Notes: generated by a model not told the origin, from the letters alone. A stretch of 64,000 nucleotides of DNA from an uncultured Acidobacteriota bacterium (GCA_963836075.1 CAWIIB010000001.1:1920001-1984000), one strand, 5' to 3'; counted from the first letter of the stretch, positions 40,085 through 50,354 are shown. Translations and numbers: made by a program.

Positions 40085-41080
40085 TCAAGCTTCCGCCGAA
40101 TTCATGGGCAGAAACATTCGAAAACTCGCCCCCTGCCCCAGGCTCGAAGCTGCGAGGATGTTACCACCCCAGTTTTTGACGATGGTCCTGGATATGGACA
40201 GGCCCAGGCCCGTGCCTACATCTGCTGCCTTGGTGGTGAAGAAGGCCTGGAAAATCTGCGGCATCAGATCAGGGGGAATCCCCGGCCCGCTGTCCCTGAC
40301 TTCGACGTAGGCGAACTGACTTGATTCGGCACCAGGTTCCAGATCTACGGCCAGGGCACACAACAGTCCGAAACGGCTATCCATCTCCATCGCCTGCTCG
40401 ATGGTTCCGCTTCCCGTGGTCAGGGTCACGTATCCCCCGCCCTTCACCGCCTCCTGGGCATTGAGCAGCAGGTTCATCAACACCTGTTCCACCTGGCTCG
40501 CGTCGGCATGGACCACTGGGACATCCTGGCCCAGCGCCAGGCGTACGTCGAGAACCTTCAATACCGGCTCCATGAAATCGAGCAGCCTGATCAGAACCGA
40601 ATTGAGATCCACACTGGAGGTAACCTTCTGCTGTCGCCGGGAGAATTGCAGAACATTCGTCGTCAGCCCTTTCAGGCGGTCGAGGGCGGCCACGATCGCG
40701 TCCAGGTTCCCGGCATTGAAACCCTCCCCCAGGTTCATCAGCCGTTCAACGTGAATACCGATCACATGAAGGGGATTGTTGATCTCGTGCACGATGGCCG
40801 ACGCCATCTCGCCCATGGCGGCCATCCGTTCGGAGCGGACCACCATCTGCTGCGCTTCGGAAAGCTCCTCGTAAGCGCCGTTCAGTTCTTCCAGCCGGTC
40901 CTCGAGTTCCAGGTTTTTGGCCTTCAGTTCCTGGTAGGCAACCACTCGTTCATGGTCCACAGCCACGAGCAGTTCCTCTGTCTCGCGGTAGATGGTTTCC
41001 AGTTCGTTGAGCAGCTGGTCGTTGGCCTGCTGCAGCTCCTCGACCCTGGTCTCTGGATTTTCTTTTTCAGAATAACTCAT
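40085..41080 (-). CDS. Cytoplasmic histidine kinase with coiled-coil N-terminus
   Basis: HEINNPL, NLLLNAQEA, DSGPGI, FFTTK, GTGLGL; start ATG 41080. Confidence 0.9.
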   Translation of the reverse strand: MSYSEKENPETRVEELQQANDQLLNELETIYRETEELLVAVDHERVVAYQELKAKNLELEDRLEELNGAYEELSEAQQMVVRSERMAAMGEMASAIVHEINNPLHVIGIHVERLMNLGEGFNAGNLDAIVAALDRLKGLTTNVLQFSRRQQKVTSSVDLNSVLIRLLDFMEPVLKVLDVRLALGQDVPVVHADASQVEQVLMNLLLNAQEAVKGGGYVTLTTGSGTIEQAMEMDSRFGLLCALAVDLEPGAESSQFAYVEVRDSGPGIPPDLMPQIFQAFFTTKAADVGTGLGLSISRTIVKNWGGNILAASSLGQGASFRMFLPMNSAEA

Positions 41081-41202
41081 GATATCGATCGAACCACCCC
41101 GGTTCCGGCCGCAAAGTGAGCACGTTGAACTGGATATCCATATTCCATGTCGACGATTCAATGGCCGGACTTTAGAGGATGGTTGTGCTCGCAGTGACAG
41201 CA

Positions 41203-41265
41203 GGCTACTTCAGCACCAGGAAGGGCCCGATGGCCAGGGCGTCCATGCCGGTGCCGAAGAAGATG
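41203..41265. repeat. Direct repeat copy 1: orphan copy of the carbamoyltransferase 3' end
   Basis: 41209-41262 is identical over 54 bp to 43760-43813; 63 bp with 3 mismatches; encodes FFGTGMDALAIGPFLVLK* on the minus strand. Confidence 0.95.
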
Positions 41266-41378
41266 AACTCCAGCGACAGCCGGGATGACGAATTCTATCG
41301 AGCAGAACCGGCTCTTTTCATGTACAATATAGCTTCCATCGCCATATGGGCAAGGTCTTCCAGGGGGAGGGGATTCCG

Positions 41379-43742
41379 ATGGGAGCTGTTCTTCTGCTGT
41401 CCGTTCTCATCCTCACCTGCGTTGCCGGTGGAACAGCGCCGGCCGGCGAGGTGCTGGAAAGCGAGATGACCCTGGAACTCCGGACCGCTGACTACCTGAT
41501 TGTCGACGGGCCGGATGGACAGCGGATCAAGATGGAGGATGCCTGCAGCTTTGCCCGTCCGGGAGCGCCGCTGCTGCCCGCACAACGGCTGCTGGTCCTC
41601 CTCCCGCCCGGTGCCCATTCCCCGCGGCTCTCCCTGGAGGTTCTGGAAAGCGAGCGCCTGCCCGGCACGTTCCGCATCGAACCGGCCCCGCCGCTGCTCC
41701 TTGCCTCGGGGCCGCCTGCCGCTCGCGGCCGCCCCCCATCGACCGATACCGTATGGCACAGGACGTGGCAGGAATGCTATTCGACGGATGCTCCCTGCCC
41801 GGCCGAAGCGGTGGTGATCACCGGCCAGGGCACGCTCCGGAAATACGCGTATGTCTCCATCGCCTTCCGCCCCTTCACCTGGCGGCCGCTCAGCGGCCGG
41901 CTGTACAACAACAGGGCCGCACGAATCCGCATCCGCTTCCAGCTGCCTTCCCCCGGCAGTGAGCAAGCCCGGCAGACCTCGCTGCTGCTCCGGGACCATG
42001 CAGCCGACCTGCGGGCGGCGCATCTGTTCGTCAACTTCCAGGAGATGCAGGACCTCTATCAGCCGGATCCGGCCGACACCACCGGGCGCGAGATCTACGA
42101 CTACGTCATCGTCACCACCCCCGGCCTGCTGCCGACGGTCGCCGCTTCCGATTTTGTTGCCTGGAAAACCACTTTAGGCCACAGTGTGCGCGTGCTGTCG
42201 ACCGACGATCCCCTGATCGCCGACGAAGAGGGACGGGACCTGGCCGAGCGTATCCGCACATTCCTCCGCAAGGCCTGGCCGCAGTGGGGGATCGAGTATC
42301 TCCTGCTGGTGGGCAGTACGGCCGACCTGCCCATGCGCTTCTGCAACCCCGACCCGGACGACCACTGCACCGACCCGGACCCGCTCAACTGTACCATTTC
42401 GCGGGTCCCCACCGACCACTACTACGCCGACCTCTCGCTGCCCGACGACGACTCCTGGGACTCCGACCACGACGGCTTCTATGGCGAGTATCAGCAGGAC
42501 ACCCCCGACTTCATGGCCGAGATCGCGGTGGGCCGGATGCCGGTCAGCGATGCCGGGCGGGTTATCTACACCCTGGACAAGATGGTCCGCTACGAAGCGG
42601 ACAACGGCGCGTGGAAAAACCATGCACTGCTGGGCGGGGCGATCATGAACTACGCCAACCAGGACCATGGCGGCGGCCCCTTCTGCGATGGGGCGGCCTG
42701 CGTGGCGATGATCGAGGACGACCTGCTCGGCGGCTGGCAGGTCAGCCGCCACAGCGAGCAGGAAGGACTGGTCCCCTCGAGCTATCCCTGGCTGCCGATC
42801 AGCGCCCCGAACTTTGGCAACGACTGGCAGGGTGGCCAGTACGGCCTGGTGAGCTGGATGGCCCACGGCCACGCCAACGGCGGCTACCGGGCGGTCTGGC
42901 GCTGGGACGACGGCGACGGGGTGGCCGAAACCAATGGCAATGACGGGTTCGAGATGCTCACCTTCATCAGCACGGACACCGTTCTCGACGACGACCACCC
43001 CTCGCTGGTCTGTGCCATCGGCTGCATGCTCGGCGTTCCCGAACCGAACAGCATGGGCCGGTTCGCCGTCGACCTGCTCACCGACCCGACCGGCGGCCCG
43101 GCCGCCGGCATCGCCGCGGCCTCCCGGTCGTCGGCCTACACCTCGAACTGGCCCGCCACCCCGGGTGGAGACGCCTCGTTGTGCTACGAGTTCAACCGCT
43201 ACCTCATCGACGGCCCCGACGGACCGGAGCGGGCTGGTGACGCGCTCTATCATTCCAAATTCTTCGTTCACCAGAATTTCGGCTTCGATCACTGGTACGA
43301 ATATCTCAACATGCACGGGCTGCAGTTCTACGGTGACCCGGCCATGGCCCGCAGCGGTGCAGCCGGCCCTCCGGCCACCCTCGACGCAGCGCTCACCTGC
43401 CAGCCGGCAACCGGCACCCTGCCCTTCTCCACCCGGATGACCGTCTGGATGACCAACCTGCACCAGGACCAGTCGCGCCGTTTCTCGGGGCGGATCAACT
43501 TGACCCGGGCTGACGGCGTTCACTACGCCAACTGGCGGGCCGGCTGGACCAACGTGGCCGGCGGTGCCTCGTTCTCGACGTCATGGCAGCAGGTCATTCC
43601 TGCCCTGGGCGCGCTGGAGGGCGAAAACGTCTTCACCTTGCTGGTCGAAGACACGACACCCGCTCCGTACAATCTTCCGCCCTACCCGCCAGCGGGCGAC
43701 ACCGACAGCGATAGCGTCACGGTTGAGGGGAACGTGCCTTGA
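41379..43742 (+). CDS. Secreted C25 (gingipain-like) cysteine peptidase with propeptide and shared C-terminal domain
   Basis: PGAPLLP propeptide, YLLLVG, PTDHYYADL, VGRMP, AHG (His), GC (Cys), YGDPA; ends ...YNLPPYPPAGDTDSDSVTVEGNVP. Confidence 0.88.
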   Translation: MGAVLLLSVLILTCVAGGTAPAGEVLESEMTLELRTADYLIVDGPDGQRIKMEDACSFARPGAPLLPAQRLLVLLPPGAHSPRLSLEVLESERLPGTFRIEPAPPLLLASGPPAARGRPPSTDTVWHRTWQECYSTDAPCPAEAVVITGQGTLRKYAYVSIAFRPFTWRPLSGRLYNNRAARIRIRFQLPSPGSEQARQTSLLLRDHAADLRAAHLFVNFQEMQDLYQPDPADTTGREIYDYVIVTTPGLLPTVAASDFVAWKTTLGHSVRVLSTDDPLIADEEGRDLAERIRTFLRKAWPQWGIEYLLLVGSTADLPMRFCNPDPDDHCTDPDPLNCTISRVPTDHYYADLSLPDDDSWDSDHDGFYGEYQQDTPDFMAEIAVGRMPVSDAGRVIYTLDKMVRYEADNGAWKNHALLGGAIMNYANQDHGGGPFCDGAACVAMIEDDLLGGWQVSRHSEQEGLVPSSYPWLPISAPNFGNDWQGGQYGLVSWMAHGHANGGYRAVWRWDDGDGVAETNGNDGFEMLTFISTDTVLDDDHPSLVCAIGCMLGVPEPNSMGRFAVDLLTDPTGGPAAGIAAASRSSAYTSNWPATPGGDASLCYEFNRYLIDGPDGPERAGDALYHSKFFVHQNFGFDHWYEYLNMHGLQFYGDPAMARSGAAGPPATLDAALTCQPATGTLPFSTRMTVWMTNLHQDQSRRFSGRINLTRADGVHYANWRAGWTNVAGGASFSTSWQQVIPALGALEGENVFTLLVEDTTPAPYNLPPYPPAGDTDSDSVTVEGNVP

Positions 43743-43753
43743 GCACTGGCGGC

Positions 43754-43816
43754 GGTTATTTCAGCACCAGGAAGGGCCCGATGGCCAGGGCGTCCATGCC
43801 GGTGCCGAAGAAGGTG
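43754..43816. repeat. Direct repeat copy 2 (functional 3' end of the carbamoyltransferase gene)
   Basis: Matches 41203-41265. Confidence 0.95.
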
Positions 43817-45462
43817 CGCACCGCTTCACGGGGGGTGGTGACGATCGGCTCGCCCTTGACGTTGAACGAGGTGTTGAGGATCACCGGCACCCCGGTGAGC
43901 TTTTCGAACTCGGAGATCAGCCGGTGGTAGAGCGGATTGGCCTCACGGGAAACGGTGTGCACCCGGGCGGTGCCGTCCACGTGGGTTACCGCCGGGAGCT
44001 GGTGGCGCCGGTCCTCCGGCACGTCAAAGACCAGGATCATGTAGGGTGAGCGGACACAGCCGCTGAACCACTGGCCGGCCTTTTCCTCGAGGGTGCTGGG
44101 GGCGAAGGGCCGGAACTCCTCCCGCCGTTTGACACAGGCGTTGACCAGGTCCTGCATCTCGGCCCGCCGCGGGTCGGCAATGATCGAGCGGTTGCCCAGG
44201 GCCCGCGGGCCGAACTCTGCTTTGCCCTGGAACCAGCCCACCACCTTGCCCTGGTCCAGCAGGGCCGCCACCGTTGCCGGAAGGTCGTCGGGGCGGCTGT
44301 AGCTGATCTTGTCCCCGCGCAGTTCCTCCTCCACCGCCTGATCGTCAAAGGACGGTCCCAGATAGAGGTGGGGCAGCTCCACCAGCGGCCGGCGGTGGCC
44401 CAGCACCACCCGGTCCACGTGCCAGGCCGCACCGAGGGAGGTGCCGGCATCGTGGCAGGCCGGCATGGGATAGACCTCGTCGTACCCCGCTTCACGCAAC
44501 AGGCGGCCGTTCATCACGCAGTTGAGGCCCACCCCGCCGGAAAGCACCAGCCGCCGCTCCCCGGTCTCCTCCCGCAGTTCCCGGGCCAGCCGGAGCACCG
44601 CCTCCTCCAGGGCCAGCTGGGCGCTGTGCGCGATGTCGGCGTGACGCTGCTCGATCTCCTCGCCCGTTTCCCGTGCCGGCCCCAGGGCCCGGACCAGGGC
44701 CTGGCTAAAATAGCGTTTGCGGTTCCCGGTCTGGTAACTGAAATAGTCTGTGTCGACCGTGAGCATCCCCTCGGGGTCGACACTGATCAGTTTACGGAAG
44801 AGGTCGATATGCGTCGGTTTACCGTACGAGGCCAACCCCATCACCTTGTACTCGTCGTTGTCCGGGCGGAAACCGAGGTAGTCGGTCACCGCGCTGTAGA
44901 AGAATCCCGGGGAGTGGGGGAAGCGCATCCGGCGCAGGATGCGGTAGCCTTCGGGATCGTAGGTCCCGGCGGTGCCGGTGTCCCGCTCCCCCACCCCGTC
45001 GAGAGTCAGCACCGCGGCCGATTGGAAGCCCGAGGCGAAGAAACCGGAAGCGGCGTGGGCCGGATGGTGTTCGACAAAATGGAAAGTGGTCCCGTCCAAC
45101 TCGTGGCCCAGCAGCTCGCGGACCATTGAGGGGATCGAGCGCATCTTGGCCCCGGCCCAGAGCTGGCTGCCCCAGAAGCCGAGACCGCTCACGCCACCGC
45201 CGGTGATCAGATGGCGCGGCCAGTAGGTCAGGTTCTCACGGAAGACGAGGCCGGGGATCATGTAGAAGGCCACATGGCCCAGTTGCCCCGGCCCGATCCC
45301 CGCCGCCTCCAGGCAGTGGCGGATCGCCCGGCCGGGAAAGGCGCCGTCGTGCTTGACCCGGGAGAGACGTTCCTCTTCCACCGCCGCCACCGGCACCCCG
45401 TCCACCAGCAGCGTCGCCGAGGCGTCGTGCTTGAAGCAGTTGATGCCGAGGATCGTCTCCAT
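43756..45462 (-). CDS. O-carbamoyltransferase (NodU/CmcH/TobZ family)
   Basis: HDASA, EEERLSRVKH, EHHPAHA, EYKVMGLASYG, GPRALGNRS, FRPFAPS, HVDGTAR, LNTSFN. Confidence 0.95.
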   Translation of the reverse strand: METILGINCFKHDASATLLVDGVPVAAVEEERLSRVKHDGAFPGRAIRHCLEAAGIGPGQLGHVAFYMIPGLVFRENLTYWPRHLITGGGVSGLGFWGSQLWAGAKMRSIPSMVRELLGHELDGTTFHFVEHHPAHAASGFFASGFQSAAVLTLDGVGERDTGTAGTYDPEGYRILRRMRFPHSPGFFYSAVTDYLGFRPDNDEYKVMGLASYGKPTHIDLFRKLISVDPEGMLTVDTDYFSYQTGNRKRYFSQALVRALGPARETGEEIEQRHADIAHSAQLALEEAVLRLARELREETGERRLVLSGGVGLNCVMNGRLLREAGYDEVYPMPACHDAGTSLGAAWHVDRVVLGHRRPLVELPHLYLGPSFDDQAVEEELRGDKISYSRPDDLPATVAALLDQGKVVGWFQGKAEFGPRALGNRSIIADPRRAEMQDLVNACVKRREEFRPFAPSTLEEKAGQWFSGCVRSPYMILVFDVPEDRRHQLPAVTHVDGTARVHTVSREANPLYHRLISEFEKLTGVPVILNTSFNVKGEPIVTTPREAVRTFFGTGMDALAIGPFLVLK

Positions 45463-45466
45463 CAGG

Positions 45467-46396
45467 TCATTCTCCGGCCGGCGGGCCCCAGATCAGCTGG
45501 AGCGCCTTTTTCGAACATGCCCTCTTCTCCGCCCCCCAGGGGAGCGAGAACATGCGGGCGATCCAGAGCAGGCTGAGCCCCGCCCGGAAGGCCAGCAGGG
45601 AAAGTGGCCCGGCGTGCTTGCGCAGAAACCGCAGTTTGCCCGGAATGTAGCGCAGGATCAAGCCCTGGTGGCCGCCTGACGGGCCGGCAGCCAGACCGCC
45701 GCCCACGTGCACCGCTTCGGCTGCGGGAAAGAGACGCAGGTCCCAGCCCCGGTCGCGGAACCGGCGGGCGAGGTCGGTCTCCTCGTGAAAGGTGCCGTAG
45801 CCCTCGTCAAAGAGACCGGTTTCTTCCAGAGCCTCCCGCCGCACCAGCCAGACCGCACCCACGATCCAGTCGGCGGTGCGTTCCTCCTGGTGCGCGTCGA
45901 ACGCGGCCACCTTCAGCGATCGGGCCCGGCCTTCCAGCAGGTGCTCGCGGGCCAGGTTCCGGGGCGTGGGATCGTCACGCATTGACGGCTGCAGCGTGCC
46001 GTCCGGGTTGAGCAGCCGCGGCGCGGCCACCGCAGTCCGCGGGCAGCGCTCCAGTCCCTCCATGAGCAGCTGGAGCGACTGCGGCTCCATCCGGGCATCG
46101 GGGTTGAAGAGCAGCACGTCCCGTCCCTGTTCCAGCGCCCGGCTCATCCCCTGGTTGGCCGCCGCGGCATACCCGACATTGACCGGGTTCGCCTCCAGGG
46201 AGAACCAGGTCTCGTCGCCGTACAGCTCCAGCAGCGCCTCCCGGCTGCCGTCATTGGAGGCGTTGTCCACCAAGTGGACCGGCAGCGGGACCTGCCGGCG
46301 GCAGCGGACCAGGCTCTCCAGGGCCTGCCGCACCAGGTCACCCCCGTTCCAGTTGACCACCACGGCCAGCGGAGGCTGTTTTCCGCCATTTGACAC
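45467..46396 (-). CDS. GT2-family glycosyltransferase
   Basis: VVVNWN, VDNASNDGS, NVGYAAAANQG, FNPD, EETD. Confidence 0.9.
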   Translation of the reverse strand: MSNGGKQPPLAVVVNWNGGDLVRQALESLVRCRRQVPLPVHLVDNASNDGSREALLELYGDETWFSLEANPVNVGYAAAANQGMSRALEQGRDVLLFNPDARMEPQSLQLLMEGLERCPRTAVAAPRLLNPDGTLQPSMRDDPTPRNLAREHLLEGRARSLKVAAFDAHQEERTADWIVGAVWLVRREALEETGLFDEGYGTFHEETDLARRFRDRGWDLRLFPAAEAVHVGGGLAAGPSGGHQGLILRYIPGKLRFLRKHAGPLSLLAFRAGLSLLWIARMFSLPWGAEKRACSKKALQLIWGPPAGE

Positions 46397-46736
46397 GGCT
46401 TTATCCCCCCTGCCCGGCACGGGCCGTTGAGGCCCCTGGAGACCGGGCGGCGCGGGCGTATTGTAGGAGCCACGCCAAAGGAGCGTCAAGGCGGGGCAAG
46501 GATAACCGCAAAGATCGCCGAACTGTAAACCGGCCGTTCTCGTATGTCTGTATGGCTGGCCAGGGCGGTGTCGGGCCTGGCCGCACGAGGGGGAAAATCA
46601 ATTCAAACCTTTTACTTCCCGCAAGCATCAATAAGACGGGGTTGCCTGGAATCGAGACGCCGGCGCCCCTTGACGCACTCATGAATTGAAACCGGAGACG
46701 GTCTAACCGGACAACCGTTCAGGGAGGGGGCAGACA

Positions 46737-47846
46737 ATGGCGAAGGTGGTCAAATACCTGCTGGTGTTCATCGTTCTCGCGGCAGTGGTGGTGGGCGCCT
46801 ACGCCGTCTACCAGAACCGCGAACCCGAGGACCAGGGCTTCACCATGGTGGATGTGACCCGCGGTGATATCACCGAAAAGGCGGTGGCCGTGGGTCAGAT
46901 CGAACCGCGCCAGCGGTTCCACATCAAGTCCAAGATCTCGGGCATCGTCAAACGCTGTGCCGTGGAGGTGGGGGACCAGGTCCGGCCCGGCGACCCGCTG
47001 ATCGAGATCACCCCCGACCCCACTCCCCTGGAGCGGCTCGACGCCGAACGGCGGGTGGAGAGAGCCGAGTCGGCATACAAGCGCGCCGAGGCGGACTGGA
47101 CCCGTTCCCAGGAGTTGGTGAACCAGGGGGTGGAGTCGCGCAACACCCTCGACGCCGCGGTGGAGGCCTACGAGCTGGCCGGAATCGAGCTGGAGCGGGC
47201 CAGGGATAATCTGCAGCTGCTCGAGGATGGGCGTATCGACGGCCGCGGAGCGGTGATGGAATCGATCATCCGCGCCCCGGCCGCGGGCATCGTCCTCCAG
47301 CGGCTGGTCAACGACGGCGACCCGGTGGTGCCGTTGACCAGCTACCAGGAGGGCACCGAACTGGCCACCCTGGCCGACATGAGCGACCTGATGTTCAAGG
47401 GCACGGTGGACGAGATCGACGTGGGCAAGCTCACCGTGGGCATGCCGGCCCGGCTGAAGATCGGGGCCCTGCCCGACCAGGCGGTTACCGGCCGGCTGAG
47501 CCGCATCGCCCCCCAGGCCGTGGAGGAGGACAACGCCAAACTCTTCGAGGTGGAGATCGAGCTCGACCCCACCGACGGGGTGCTGCTCCGCGCCGGGTAC
47601 TCGGCCAACGCCGACCTGGTGATCCGGGAGAAGACCGCCATCCTCCTGATTCCCGAACGGCTGGTAATCTTCGAGGAGGAGGGGGAAAAGAGATTCGTCG
47701 AACTGCCGGGCGAGGGCCCGGAGGCCGAACCGCGCAAAGTGGAAATCGATACCGGCCTCTCCGACGGGCTGAACATCGAAGTCACCGACGGGCTCAGCGA
47801 AGGGGACCAGCTGGTCCAACGCCCGCCGCGAGAGATATCGGGCTAA
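46737..47846 (+). CDS. MacA-like periplasmic adaptor (membrane fusion protein)
   Basis: N-terminal TM, IKSKISGIV...VGDQV lipoyl half-motifs, IRAPAAGIV, VDEIDVGKL, TGLSDG. Confidence 0.9.
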   Translation: MAKVVKYLLVFIVLAAVVVGAYAVYQNREPEDQGFTMVDVTRGDITEKAVAVGQIEPRQRFHIKSKISGIVKRCAVEVGDQVRPGDPLIEITPDPTPLERLDAERRVERAESAYKRAEADWTRSQELVNQGVESRNTLDAAVEAYELAGIELERARDNLQLLEDGRIDGRGAVMESIIRAPAAGIVLQRLVNDGDPVVPLTSYQEGTELATLADMSDLMFKGTVDEIDVGKLTVGMPARLKIGALPDQAVTGRLSRIAPQAVEEDNAKLFEVEIELDPTDGVLLRAGYSANADLVIREKTAILLIPERLVIFEEEGEKRFVELPGEGPEAEPRKVEIDTGLSDGLNIEVTDGLSEGDQLVQRPPREISG

Positions 47847-47862
47847 GGGGACCACCCGAGCG

Positions 47863-49086
47863 ATGATCAACACCCTCCGACAGCTGGTCCGGGACACCCG
47901 CAGCCAGAAGCTGCGCACCGCGCTGACCCTCTTCGGCATCATCTGGGGCACCGCCGCGGTGAGTCTGCTGCTCGCCTTTGGCGAGGGGTTTCACACCCAC
48001 ATGGCCAAGGAATCGGTGGGCATGGGCAACGCGGTGGTCATCGGCTGGCCCTCACGCACATCGATGCCCTTCGAAGGCCTGGGCAAGGGCCGCCGGATAA
48101 TGCTCTACGACAGCGATATTGAATTGCTGCGCCGGAAAGCCTGGGGGCTGGGCTCCATTTCCGGTGAACGCTCCGACCGGTTGAAACTGCAATACGGGCC
48201 CAAGGTGCTATCGGTGCCGGTTTCCGGCGTGGAACCCGGGTTCTGGGAAATGCGCAACCTGATCCCCGACGTGGGCGGCCGGTTTATCAACCACCTCGAC
48301 ATGGAGCAGCGGCGGCGGGTGATCTTTCTGGGCACCGACCTGGCCGAACAGGTCTTCGGTGAAACACCTCCGGTGGGGCAGACGGTCCAACTGGGCGGGT
48401 CGCCCTTCCTGGTGGTGGGTGTGCTGAGGGAGAAGAGCCAGAACTCCAACTACGGCGGTCCGGACACCAACCGCTGCTTCATCCCCGGCCCGGCTTTCAA
48501 AGCGCTCACCGGCCAGGAGTACATCGACAACATCGTTTTCAACGCCGCCGATGTGAGCCGCAGCGATGCGCTGACCGAGGAGGTGCGGAAAATCCTGGCC
48601 GCGAAACACCGCTTCGACCCCGAGGACAGCGAAGCGATCTCCTTCTGGGATACCACTGAGGGCGCACAGTTCCTGGAGGATTTCATGGTCTCTTTTCGCC
48701 TGTTCCTCGGAATCCTCGGCTGCCTGACCCTGGTGGTGGGCGGCATCGGCGTCTCCAATATCATGAACGTGGTGGTGGAGGAACGGACCCGCGAGATCGG
48801 GGTGAAGATGGCCATCGGCGCCAAACCACGGACCATCCTCGGCATGTTTCTGCTGGAGACCCTGGCCATGACCGCGGTGGGCGGGGCGCTGGGGCTGGGC
48901 ATCACCGTGGGGATCTGCGCCCTATTCCCGCTGCTGGAAATGGACGCCTATGTGGGCGCCCCCGGCGTGTCACCGGCCATGGCCCTGGCCACGGTGACCC
49001 TGCTGGGACTGATCGGCTTTATCTCCGGGTATTTCCCCGCCCGCACGGCGGCGAACCTCGACCCGGTGGTGGCGATGAAGAGGTGA
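47863..49086 (+). CDS. MacB/FtsX-family ABC permease
   Basis: RTALTLFGIIWG, VGGIGVSNIM, ERTREIGVKMAIGA, PARTAANLDPV. Confidence 0.92.
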   Translation: MINTLRQLVRDTRSQKLRTALTLFGIIWGTAAVSLLLAFGEGFHTHMAKESVGMGNAVVIGWPSRTSMPFEGLGKGRRIMLYDSDIELLRRKAWGLGSISGERSDRLKLQYGPKVLSVPVSGVEPGFWEMRNLIPDVGGRFINHLDMEQRRRVIFLGTDLAEQVFGETPPVGQTVQLGGSPFLVVGVLREKSQNSNYGGPDTNRCFIPGPAFKALTGQEYIDNIVFNAADVSRSDALTEEVRKILAAKHRFDPEDSEAISFWDTTEGAQFLEDFMVSFRLFLGILGCLTLVVGGIGVSNIMNVVVEERTREIGVKMAIGAKPRTILGMFLLETLAMTAVGGALGLGITVGICALFPLLEMDAYVGAPGVSPAMALATVTLLGLIGFISGYFPARTAANLDPVVAMKR

Positions 49087-49087
49087 C

Positions 49088-50347
49088 ATGGGCAGACCAC
49101 GACCAGGACTGATTATCCAGCTCTTTCTCCGGGCCAGCCGCGTCCAGCGCAAGCGGGCGATACTCACCGTGGCTTCCATTGCCTGGGGGACACTCTCCCT
49201 GCTCCTGCTGCTGGCCTTCGGCGAGGGATTGCGCCACGCGCTGGCCACATCCTCCCACGGCATGGGCGAAAATCTGGCCATCTGCTGGCCGGGCACAACC
49301 AGCCTCACCTGGCAGGGCCTGCCCACTGGCCGGCCCGTCCGGCCGCGGATCGAGGACGTGGCCCTGCTTCGCCGAAGGATCACCGGCCTCGAGGAAGTGG
49401 CCGGCGAGATCTTCCGCGGCGGCGTGGTGGTGAGCAACGGCGACACCACCACAACCGCACGAATCAAGGGGGTGACCTACGGGTTCGGCGAGATCCGCAA
49501 CCACATTCCCCTGTCCGGGGGCCGGTTCCTCAACCCGCTGGACGAGCAGCTGCGCCGGCGCTCGGCGTTTGTCGGCGACGAACTGGCCAGGACCCTGTTT
49601 GGCGACGAGGAGCCGGTGGGACGGGAAATCCTCCTCGACAAAACGCCCTACACCGTGGTGGGGGTGATGAAACCCAAGCTGATGATGGGCAACTACGAGG
49701 GGATGGACTCGGAACAGGTGTCCATTCCGATCACCACATTGAAGGCCCAGTACGGCCGCGACCGGCTGAGCACCATCCTGCTCAAACCGGTGCGGCCGGA
49801 GCTGATGGAGGACGTGATCCGTCAGATGCACGAGGTGCTGGGGGCCAAGTACGGTTTCGACCCCGAAGATGAGCGGGTCTTCGGCATCTGGGACACGGTG
49901 GAATCGTTCCAGTTCCTGGTCAACATGCTGATCGGGATCCAGGTCTTCCTCGGCATCATCGGCGGCCTGACCCTGATCGTTGGCGGTATCGGAGTGGCCA
50001 ACATCATGTATGCGGTGGTCAAGGAACGGACCAGGGAGATCGGCGTAAAGATGGCCCTGGGTGCCCGCCGCGGCTGGATCACCGGTCCCATCGTCCTGGA
50101 GGGACTGCTCTACACCCTGATGGGCGGGGTGGTGGGCCTGCTGATGGCTGTGGGTCTCATCGTGCTGCTGGACATGATTCCCACCGAGGGCAATGAGGCG
50201 ATGCAGATGATGGGCACACCCACCCTCTCGCTGGAGATCGGCGCCGTTTCGGCCCTGGTCCTCGGCTTGATCGGCCTGCTGGCCGGCTATTTCCCGGCGC
50301 GGCGCGCCGCATCGATCAACCCGGCAGACACGCTCCGCTACGAGTGA
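49088..50347 (+). CDS. MacB/FtsX-family ABC permease (second copy)
   Basis: VGGIGVANIM, ERTREIGVKMALGA, PARRAASINPADTLRYE. Confidence 0.92.
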   Translation: MGRPRPGLIIQLFLRASRVQRKRAILTVASIAWGTLSLLLLLAFGEGLRHALATSSHGMGENLAICWPGTTSLTWQGLPTGRPVRPRIEDVALLRRRITGLEEVAGEIFRGGVVVSNGDTTTTARIKGVTYGFGEIRNHIPLSGGRFLNPLDEQLRRRSAFVGDELARTLFGDEEPVGREILLDKTPYTVVGVMKPKLMMGNYEGMDSEQVSIPITTLKAQYGRDRLSTILLKPVRPELMEDVIRQMHEVLGAKYGFDPEDERVFGIWDTVESFQFLVNMLIGIQVFLGIIGGLTLIVGGIGVANIMYAVVKERTREIGVKMALGARRGWITGPIVLEGLLYTLMGGVVGLLMAVGLIVLLDMIPTEGNEAMQMMGTPTLSLEIGAVSALVLGLIGLLAGYFPARRAASINPADTLRYE

Positions 50348-50354
50348 GGAGACC

